Positions 56,694 to 64,000 of a stretch of DNA of 64,000 nt are shown one piece after another (position 1 is the stretch's first letter; every line of letters starts with the position of its first letter). The DNA comes from Myxococcota bacterium. Its GTDB lineage: Bacteria > Myxococcota_A > UBA9160 > UBA4427. Made by a program: the position numbers and the translations under genes. The stretch lies in contig OZ252299.1 of NCBI GenBank assembly GCA_965250285.1, forward strand, positions 672,001-736,000. Direction: 5' to 3'. The notes below the pieces were generated by a model. It did no database searches, was not told where the DNA came from, and saw only the letters and a list, made by a program, of their open reading frames with translations.

Positions 56694-59600
56694 GTGGAGA
56701 GCACGAACGCCCCGCTGCGAGTCCGGAGCACGGCCCCCCTCGTCAATCGACAGCGCGAGTTCGCCTGGCTGACGGCGCACTGCGATGCCGCGGAGCGGGG
56801 TGTGCCCGGCGTGTGCCTGCTGCATGGGGACGCGGGGATCGGCAAGTCGCGTCTCGTTCGTGAGTTGGCCGCGCGTTCGCACGGGCGGTCGGCGCACGTC
56901 GGCATCGGTCGGGGGCACGAGTATCTCTCCGCACCCTATCTGCCGCTCGCCGAAGCCCTTCGCGAAGGGCCGGCCGCGGCCGCCGGGGCGCTGCTTCGGC
57001 CCGACCGGGTGTCTGCACCGAATCGCGCGGAGCGCGATGGCGAAGAAGAGCACGCGCGGGTGCAGCTCTTCACCTCGGTGGCCGCTGCGCTGATCGATGC
57101 CGCGGCCGAGCAACCGCTCGTGATCGTGCTCGAAGATCTGCACTGGGCCGACCCCTCGACGCTCGACCTGCTCGGGCATCTCGTGTTCGCTGCGGCCGAT
57201 GCGTCGGGCCTGCGCCCGGTCCATCTGCTCCTCGTGCTCACGTACCGCAGCAGCGAGCTGAGTGAGCGCTTGCGTCCCGGTCTGTCTCGAATCGCGCGCG
57301 AAGCCGTGAGCGAGAGCCTCGAGCTCGAAGGGCTCGACCAGGGGGACACCTCGCGACTGGTGGAGGCCCACGGCGTCGGGGTCGCTTCTCACCAGCTGGT
57401 CTCGGCCATTCAACGCGCGACCGAGGGCAATCCACTCTTCGTGGGCGAAGTGCTGCGCGAACTGGTGGCGGACGGTGGGGTGCAGCAGGTCGAGCGGTAT
57501 GCCGCGGTCACGCGCGAGCCCCAACTCCAGCTTCCCGCAGACGTGTCGAGCGCGATCTCGCGGCGGCTCACGACGCAGTCGTCCGAAGTGCGGCGAATGC
57601 TCGAACGCGCCGCCGTGATCGGCGAGTTGGTCGACGAGGCGTTGCTGCGGGCCACGGCGTCCGAAGAAGAGGGGGTGCTCGAGTCGGCGCTGCGCGAGGC
57701 GATCGACACGGGTTTTCTCGAGCGCGACGGGCGCACCTTGCGGTTCCAGCACGGGTTGCAGCGACGCGTCGTGCTCGAAGAGGCGGCCGCCGATCGCGTC
57801 GAGAAGCTGCATCGTCTGGTGGCCGAAGAGCTCGAATCTCGTCCGGTCGGCCACGATGATCCAGGGTTGGGCGTGGCGATCGCCGAGCATCTGTTTCGGG
57901 CGGGCACGCTGGCCCCTGTCGAGCAGCGCGTGCGTGCAGCGCGCCGCGCCGCCGACGACGCGGCGCGTGTCTTCGCGTGGGGCGAATCGGGTCGCTGGTA
58001 CGCCGCGGCCGCCGATGCGGCGCGCGGGATCCTCTCCGAGACCGAGGTGGCCGATCTCGACTACTCGGCGGGCCTCTCCTTCAACCACGACTGGGATGCC
58101 GGCCCGTGCCTCGCGCACTACGACCGTGCGCACGAGGCGTACGCACGGCGCCAGGATGCGCCCGGCATTGCACGCACGTTGAATCATCGTCTTCGCGCCA
58201 CGTTCACGTTCGGCGGGGCGTCCTACGGTGAGTCACTCGACCTCGAGCCGCTTCGCGAGGCCGTGGCTTCGCTCGGCGAGGGGGCGCCGGTCTTGCGAGG
58301 GATGGCCATGGCCACTCTCGCCGAGGCGCACTGGACGGCCCGCGAGACCGAAGCGTCGGTTCGGATGGCCGAGGCGGCGCTCGAGCTCGGCCGGCGTGAA
58401 GGCGACGCGCACTTGTCGCGCAATGCCAGCGTCGCGCTCGGTCTCGCTCGCGTGCAGCAGATGGACCTCGCGGGGGCCGTGCAGGCCTTTCTGGCCTCGC
58501 GCAGTCACGCCCGAACCGCGCGGGACCCCTGGCTGGCCATCGCGCCGATGGTGCGTGCGACGACGGCGCAGATTCAGCTGGGTCGGATCGCCGAGGCCGT
58601 CGCGGTCGGCGCCGAAGCACTCGCTGAAGGGCGTCGTATGCACGACGTGGCCGAGACCTCGATGTCGCTGTGCGATCACGCTCTACTCGCCGTGCTGCGG
58701 GGTCGCTTCAGTGAGGCCGAAGCCGTGGTGCGCGAGGCGATGATGCTGTCGTATCGCGCGCAGTACCCGTGGAGCGGCGTGCTCGGCCTCGCGACGCTCG
58801 CGGCTGCGCGGTGGCTGCGCGGGGAGACACTCGAGGCGGAGGACGCGCTGTCGGCGCTCGCCGAGCCCGGAGGCGCCTTCGAGGATCCGAGCCCGGCGAT
58901 CCTGATTCTGGTCGAGGTCTATCGCACGCTGCTGCGTCTCGGGCACAGGAGCATCGACGATGACGAGCGGGCTCGTCTCGGCGGACTGGCTCGCGCACTC
59001 GGCCTCGTCGGCCCCGACGCGAACGCGATCGGACCCCACTGCGCGATGGTCGAGATCGCCGCGTACTACCGGCTGCCGGAGCTCGTCGAGGTCGCGCGCC
59101 CGTTCCTCGAGCTGGCGGTCGAGCGCGGCGTCGTCTTCAGCAGCGGCTGGCCTTTCAGCGTCGAGCGTTCTCTGGCGCTCGCCGAGCGCCTCGTCGGGGA
59201 CGACGCGGGGGCCGAGCGTCATCTACGCCACGCCGCTTCGGAGATGGATCGCCTCGATGCGCGCCCCGAGCTCGGACGCAGTCTGGTCTCGCTGGCCGGT
59301 CTGTTGCTCGACCGTGGCGATGACGCGGGTCGGGCCGAGGCGCAGGTTCTGTGCGATCGCGCGCTCGCGCTGTTCGAATCGCTCGCGATGCCGACGCTCG
59401 CTGAAGAGGTGCTCGTGCTCGCGAAGGACGCCGAGCTCGACGTCTCGCCCGCTCCGTCGGCGCCGCGCTCGCCCGCGATCGATGCCGGGGACGTCGCGCG
59501 TCGAATGGCTCGCGGCGAAGACTTGAGCCGCATTGCCGGCAGCCTCATCCTGAGCCCGCGCTCGGCCAACGAGCATCTGCTTCGGGCGTTCACACCGCGG

Positions 59601-60179
59601 CCCGAGTCGGCGCGTGGCTTCACGCCGGCGGGGGTGCTCGCGAAGCTCGACGACACCGCGGCGGTCTCGCCCCGGGTGCTGACGATTCTGATCACCGACA
59701 TCGTCGGCTTTACTCCCCTGATCCACGGCCTGGGCGACGAGGTTGGGCACGCCGTCATCAAGGCGCACAACCGCATCGTGCGGGAGTGCTTGACGCGCCG
59801 AGACGGCGTCGAAGTGGCCCACACGGGCGATGGCTTGATGGTGTCGTTCGAGGCGCCTTCGAACGCGCTGCGCTGTGCGACCGAGATCCACCGCGCGTTC
59901 GCGGCGTATACCGCCGAGCACCCGGAGGCGCCCGTGCGCGTGCGCATTGGCATCCACCTGGGAGAAACGCGATCCGAAGAGCATCGTCTCTTCGGCACCG
60001 CGGTGAACATGGCCGCCCGCGTCTGCGCCTGCGCCGAAGCAGAAGAGATCATCGTGTCGAAGGCCGTGCGTGACGTCAACGAAGAACGCACTCGACGATT
60101 CGAGTCACGCGGAGAGGTCGAGCTGAAGGGCCTGCCCGGCCGCTACGAGCTCTTCGAGATGAAGTGGCGCAGCGATTGA
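56694..60179 (+). CDS. STAND-type AAA ATPase + TPR + degenerate LuxR-like HTH + C-terminal class III cyclase
   Basis: Walker A GDAGIGKS; Walker B VLEDLHWAD; TEGNPLFV; long helical repeats; cyclase ITDIVGFT, TGDG, RIGIHLG and VNMAARV. Start uncertain (56619-56694). Confidence 0.9.
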   Translation: MESTNAPLRVRSTAPLVNRQREFAWLTAHCDAAERGVPGVCLLHGDAGIGKSRLVRELAARSHGRSAHVGIGRGHEYLSAPYLPLAEALREGPAAAAGALLRPDRVSAPNRAERDGEEEHARVQLFTSVAAALIDAAAEQPLVIVLEDLHWADPSTLDLLGHLVFAAADASGLRPVHLLLVLTYRSSELSERLRPGLSRIAREAVSESLELEGLDQGDTSRLVEAHGVGVASHQLVSAIQRATEGNPLFVGEVLRELVADGGVQQVERYAAVTREPQLQLPADVSSAISRRLTTQSSEVRRMLERAAVIGELVDEALLRATASEEEGVLESALREAIDTGFLERDGRTLRFQHGLQRRVVLEEAAADRVEKLHRLVAEELESRPVGHDDPGLGVAIAEHLFRAGTLAPVEQRVRAARRAADDAARVFAWGESGRWYAAAADAARGILSETEVADLDYSAGLSFNHDWDAGPCLAHYDRAHEAYARRQDAPGIARTLNHRLRATFTFGGASYGESLDLEPLREAVASLGEGAPVLRGMAMATLAEAHWTARETEASVRMAEAALELGRREGDAHLSRNASVALGLARVQQMDLAGAVQAFLASRSHARTARDPWLAIAPMVRATTAQIQLGRIAEAVAVGAEALAEGRRMHDVAETSMSLCDHALLAVLRGRFSEAEAVVREAMMLSYRAQYPWSGVLGLATLAAARWLRGETLEAEDALSALAEPGGAFEDPSPAILILVEVYRTLLRLGHRSIDDDERARLGGLARALGLVGPDANAIGPHCAMVEIAAYYRLPELVEVARPFLELAVERGVVFSSGWPFSVERSLALAERLVGDDAGAERHLRHAASEMDRLDARPELGRSLVSLAGLLLDRGDDAGRAEAQVLCDRALALFESLAMPTLAEEVLVLAKDAELDVSPAPSAPRSPAIDAGDVARRMARGEDLSRIAGSLILSPRSANEHLLRAFTPRPESARGFTPAGVLAKLDDTAAVSPRVLTILITDIVGFTPLIHGLGDEVGHAVIKAHNRIVRECLTRRDGVEVAHTGDGLMVSFEAPSNALRCATEIHRAFAAYTAEHPEAPVRVRIGIHLGETRSEEHRLFGTAVNMAARVCACAEAEEIIVSKAVRDVNEERTRRFESRGEVELKGLPGRYELFEMKWRSD

Positions 60180-60209
60180 TGCAGCGAGAAACGATGCAGA
60201 GGAGAGTTC

Positions 60210-61007
60210 ATGCCGACCGGAATGCCTGGCAACACCATGCGCGGACACGTGATCAAGCAGATCGAGCGGGTGATCAACAACTGTGGCGAAGACGCGCTCA
60301 AGATCCTGATCGAGGATTTGAGCACGCAGAAACAACCGATGGTCAAGATCCTGACCAACACGTACGGGGGGCAACGCGCTCTCGATCCGAGTAAGGAGAT
60401 CGACAAGTTCAACAAGCGGCACCTGCGAGTCGACTGGTTCGGTCGCCACCGAAAGCGCGACCCGAAAGACAAGGACAAGAAGATACCGGTGCCTCCCCAG
60501 GACTGGCGGGGGCGCTGGTGGCGAGGCACGACGCGGCGCACGGGGTATCAGCCGATCGATCCGATCGTCCGATTGGGGCTATGGACGACCTGCAAGCTCA
60601 AGCTGAAGCTCCAGGGTGAGAGCGAAGACGCGGTGCCCATTCATATGGTCTGGATATGCGCCGGCCACCACTTCGAGGTCCACTCGCTGCCGCAGTACCT
60701 GGTGGACTCTGACGGCAAGCGAGGGGCTGCTCACGGCATCTCCGTCCTCATCGTGACGCCGCATGAGGGTCTACCCCTCGAAGACGCCGGGATGTCCGAG
60801 GTCGGTTCCGACGTCAGTGCCGACATCGACGACGAGATCTACATCGTCCGCGGAACCCTCGTCGAGGACGACGAATCGAGAGCGGGATACGCGAGAATCG
60901 AGAAGTGGGAGGGGAGCGACGCAGTCCCCACCTACTACGACGATGCGGTTACGAAGCTTCCCCCCGCAGCGCTCTACAACCCGTTGAAGCAGCAGGATCC
61001 GTTCTAG
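60210..61007 (+). CDS. Hypothetical cytoplasmic protein, paralogue A
   Basis: GAGGAG RBS; 30 nt after the STAND-cyclase stop; coding status supported by protein-level conservation with the convergent paralogue. Confidence 0.85.
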   Translation: MPTGMPGNTMRGHVIKQIERVINNCGEDALKILIEDLSTQKQPMVKILTNTYGGQRALDPSKEIDKFNKRHLRVDWFGRHRKRDPKDKDKKIPVPPQDWRGRWWRGTTRRTGYQPIDPIVRLGLWTTCKLKLKLQGESEDAVPIHMVWICAGHHFEVHSLPQYLVDSDGKRGAAHGISVLIVTPHEGLPLEDAGMSEVGSDVSADIDDEIYIVRGTLVEDDESRAGYARIEKWEGSDAVPTYYDDAVTKLPPAALYNPLKQQDPF

Positions 61008-61011
61008 TCGG

Positions 61012-61758
61012 TCAGTCGATGGGGTCCGAGACCAGCGGGTTGTAGATTTCCGCGTCGTAGGCGGGCACGTTCACGCCTTCGACGTGTGGGGCGGCCTTGT
61101 ACCCGACGGCCTCAGGATCGGCGAGCTTCTGGCGGACGATCCAGATCGATTCGTCGACGTCGGGCCCGACCTCGACACCCGTCTCGGACATGCCCGCATC
61201 TTCGACGGGCATGCCTTCGTGGGGCGTGACGATGATCGTCGTGAGCGAGTGGACGACCTCCTTCTCACCCCCACTGCCGTCGTCGACCATCGTCTTCTGA
61301 CGGACGATGTGCGTTTCGAAGTGGTGGCCGGCACAGATCCACAACACTTGCACCGGCACCTTCTCGCTCTGCAGGCTCTCGTAGTGCCTTTTCAGGACGC
61401 ACGTCGTCCAGAAGCCCATCCGGACGACGGGATCGATGGGCTGATAGCCCGGTCGGCGGGTCGTGCCGCGCCACCAGCGTCCGCGCCAGTCCTTCGGGTC
61501 GATCGCGTCCCCGTTCGACCTCTTGTGCCGGCCGAACCAGTCGATGCGGAGGTGGCGAATGTTCCACTTGTCGGGGTCCTTGGTCTTGTCCAAGGCTCGC
61601 TGCCCGCCGTACAGATCCCTGAGGATGCGGATCATCGGCTTGCTCTGGTTGGACAGGTCGCCGATGAGCCCATCGATGTCGGTGGTCTTGTTGATCACGC
61701 GCTCGATCTGCTGGATCGCAAACCCGCGCATCGTGTTGCCAGGCATTCCGGTGGGCAT
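61012..61758 (-). CDS. Hypothetical cytoplasmic protein, paralogue B
   Basis: AAGGAG RBS; same N-terminus (MPTGMPGNTMRG) and shared motifs with 60210-61007. Confidence 0.85.
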   Translation of the reverse strand: MPTGMPGNTMRGFAIQQIERVINKTTDIDGLIGDLSNQSKPMIRILRDLYGGQRALDKTKDPDKWNIRHLRIDWFGRHKRSNGDAIDPKDWRGRWWRGTTRRPGYQPIDPVVRMGFWTTCVLKRHYESLQSEKVPVQVLWICAGHHFETHIVRQKTMVDDGSGGEKEVVHSLTTIIVTPHEGMPVEDAGMSETGVEVGPDVDESIWIVRQKLADPEAVGYKAAPHVEGVNVPAYDAEIYNPLVSDPID

Positions 61759-62071
61759 GAGAACTCCTTCGTCTGCTTCAGCGCGGGCATCCGGACTCAG
61801 CGTCGGAGACCCGTTCGAGTGCATGGCGTAGCAATCGCGACACCGAGGCGATGTCACACCCGATACATATCATGTGAGTGCGCACGGGCTGATGAAATCT
61901 GCTGTGCGTAGGCAAGTGAGAACGCGCGCGAGCCGATGGCGTCGGGGGTTTCCGCCACACCCGCCCGCGAGTCTGCCGTGCTCGCGAATGCGAGTCGGGT
62001 GCGCAGGGTTGGGTCGCGAGTTGCCGGTCGCGTCGAGGCGAGCCGAGCCCGCGCGTCGGGTCGAACCCCGC

Positions 62072-63652
62072 TCAGCTCCGCGTCGAGGCCGCGCGCGCCC
62101 TGCGCCAACCGAGGGCGCCGAGGGACGCGGCGACGATGGCACCCGCGGCGGGCACCAGCATGGGCACGCTCGGCGTCGACGTGATGCTCGTGATGAAGAT
62201 GTCGTTCTGACCGTTCGATGTGAACAATGCGGTGCCGTCGCCCGGGTCGAAGTCGACATTGGCCCCCGAGAAGTCGCCCACCAGGTGAGGTCGATCGCTC
62301 GGGTCGACCGTGATCGAGTAGCCGAACGAGTCGGCGGTCGAAGGCGCCTCGTAGATGTCGAGCGATTCGAAGACGCCCGTGTTGGAGTAGCGCGCAATGA
62401 AGGCGTCGAAGGGGAAGGGCGGCATCTCGGCCGCGCCCGGGCCGGGGTCGAGGTCGACCGTGCCGAAGGTCTGGCCCGTCAGCAGCAGGGCCCCCGTGCT
62501 GTCGACGACCAGATCGGTACCGGTGTCGTCACCGGTGTCGCCTGCGGCGAACGCGAATCGAACGCCGCCAACGGAGTCGTAGCTTGCGACGAAGAGGTCG
62601 CGGTTGGCCACGGCCGTGAGCTCGAGCAGACCGACCGCCGGATCGAAGTCGGCAGTGCCGAGAAAGAAGCCCGTGATGAAGGCCTGACCAGCGTCATCGA
62701 CGTCGACGCTGCGGGCCTCGTCGCGTTGGGTTCCGCCCATGCGGACGGCGTACCGATACGCCCCCGAGCTCGTGTAGCTCGCCAGGAACGCGTCCTCCTG
62801 TCCGGCCGACGTCAGAGTTGCCACCAAAGGACCTGGATCGAAGTCGGCGCTCTCTCGGAAGAAGCCCGTCACGTATACGTTGTCCGCGTCGTCCAGGGCA
62901 ACGCCCCAGGCGTTGTCACCTGCGGTGCCACCGAGGGCGAAGGCGAAACGCACCTCACCGTCGTTCGAGTAGCTCGCCAGGAACGCGTCCGTGTTGCCTT
63001 CGCTCTCGACGATCAGCTCGTCGACTTCGTCCGGGTCGAAGTCGGCTTCGCCCGGGAAGAGGCCGGCGACATAGACGTTGCCGATGCTGTCGACCGCGAT
63101 GTCGCGGCCGGCCTCGAGCACACTCAGCTCGTCGCCCCCGATCTGAAACGCGAAGCGGTATGCGCCGGTTGGGCCGTAGCTCGCCACGAAGGTGTTGCCA
63201 TCGGTGCCGACCAGAGAGACGAGATCGGGGCCGGGGTCGAAGTCGCCGACGCCGGTGAACCAACCGGTCACGAACACGTTGCCGGCCGCATCGAACGCGA
63301 CGCCGCGCTCATTCACGAGACCGCCGCCGGGTCCGAGCGGCACGACGAAGCGCAGCGCGCCGGCCGGGGTGTAGCTCGCGACGTAGTTCGTGAAGCTCGA
63401 GACCGACGTCAGCTCGGTCACGCCGGGGCCGGGATCGAAGTCGACGGTACCCCGAAACTGACCGGCGATGGCGACGTTGCCCGCCGCATCGATGGCGATC
63501 GCGCGCCCTGTGTCTGACTGAGTCCCGCCGATCTGATACGCGAGCTGGGCGCGCGCCGGCGCGGCGTCCAGGAGGAACGCAAGCGCGGCCACGACGAAGA
63601 TCAAGTGCGCGCGGGGCAGGGTGAATCCGGCAGAAGGCGAGCGAAAGGGCAT
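62072..63652 (-). CDS. Secreted seven-bladed beta-propeller (SBBP-like) protein with IPTL-CTERM-like anchor
   Basis: Signal peptide ending ARA; seven repeats with D..GN.Y..G.F and D[FL]DP; C-terminal VPML + TM + WRRAR. Confidence 0.82.
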   Translation of the reverse strand: MPFRSPSAGFTLPRAHLIFVVAALAFLLDAAPARAQLAYQIGGTQSDTGRAIAIDAAGNVAIAGQFRGTVDFDPGPGVTELTSVSSFTNYVASYTPAGALRFVVPLGPGGGLVNERGVAFDAAGNVFVTGWFTGVGDFDPGPDLVSLVGTDGNTFVASYGPTGAYRFAFQIGGDELSVLEAGRDIAVDSIGNVYVAGLFPGEADFDPDEVDELIVESEGNTDAFLASYSNDGEVRFAFALGGTAGDNAWGVALDDADNVYVTGFFRESADFDPGPLVATLTSAGQEDAFLASYTSSGAYRYAVRMGGTQRDEARSVDVDDAGQAFITGFFLGTADFDPAVGLLELTAVANRDLFVASYDSVGGVRFAFAAGDTGDDTGTDLVVDSTGALLLTGQTFGTVDLDPGPGAAEMPPFPFDAFIARYSNTGVFESLDIYEAPSTADSFGYSITVDPSDRPHLVGDFSGANVDFDPGDGTALFTSNGQNDIFITSITSTPSVPMLVPAAGAIVAASLGALGWRRARAASTRS

Positions 63653-64000
63653 GGGACGCGAGCTCCGTTCGAGAATGAGTGCTTCGAGCCAGCCTACGCG
63701 AGCAGGCTGGGCCTGTACAGCATTCGGTGTCGGCCGACGCGAAGCGCGCCGGAGCGCGCGAGCCCGTGTGGCGGGCTCGCTTCTTCTAGACACCACGCGC
63801 TCGGTCAGCGTGTCTCGGCCTCGAGTCGAGGCGTCGGCGGTCCGCTTTCGGCCGACCGCTCGATCCCTCCGAGCGGATGCGCGGCCAGGGCGGTTCGCGT
63901 TCGATCGTTGGGAGCGTGCGTTTCGCCGGTGCCGCCGTTTGATCGGGGCTGCGGCGGTCTTGCTCGTCGTCGAAGGCGCCCGACGAACGGGCACGACCCG

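Noticed and set aside
56694..61758. Calling the locus a known defence system (Avs, Pycsar, CBASS)
   Set aside because: No cNMP-binding, TIR, nuclease or TM effector is recognisable, and there is no defence-island or mobile context; kept only as a hypothesis.
61830..61880. Sigma-54 and CRP-like sites upstream of paralogue B
   Set aside because: Only GG-N10-GC with a poor -24 element and isolated TCACA/TGTGA half-sites in the wrong arrangement.
1..64000. Many long overlapping ORFs in the track (e.g. 1190-3808, 5972-8188, 9813-11984, 29286-31346, 31343-33247, 41698-43689)
   Set aside because: Arg/Pro/Ala-rich shadow frames expected at high GC; they overlap genes with clear family motifs and have none themselves.

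Overview
High-GC (about 70% by eye), densely coding chromosomal segment of a Gram-negative bacterium. PEP-CTERM and IPTL-like sorting signals, lnt, a Hanks kinase, a STAND protein and a sulfotransferase suggest Myxococcota or a related deltaproteobacterial lineage (inference). About 43 CDS are supported. I recognised no rRNA, tRNA, CRISPR array, transposase, integrase or phage genes. Metabolic genes include xdhC/mocA, mqo, GST, a 2OG-Fe(II) oxygenase, asparaginase, an SDR, an amidohydrolase, two APC permeases, a secreted SurE, uup, a fused trehalose-6-P synthase/phosphatase, GH15 and a Tat-exported amine oxidase. They are interspersed with signalling and surface-protein loci. Five observations stand out. 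(1) A 1268-aa lipoprotein has a central region resembling the anthrax protective antigen / binary toxin B pore-forming core. (2) A PDZ-like + multi-TM + GAF receptor module is used twice, once with a class III cyclase carrying guanylyl-cyclase-type residues and once with a hybrid histidine kinase; each copy lies directly behind a secreted Gly-rich protein ending in -Ala-Pro. (3) A STAND ATPase-TPR-HTH-cyclase with non-canonical base-specificity residues is followed by a tail-to-tail pair of unknown paralogues. (4) There is an animal-type CAP/antigen-5 protein. (5) A chemoreceptor-like sensor domain is fused to a Ser/Thr kinase in a three-gene operon. Family calls come from motif recognition only; no database search was run. 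Many starts were trimmed relative to the ORF track.
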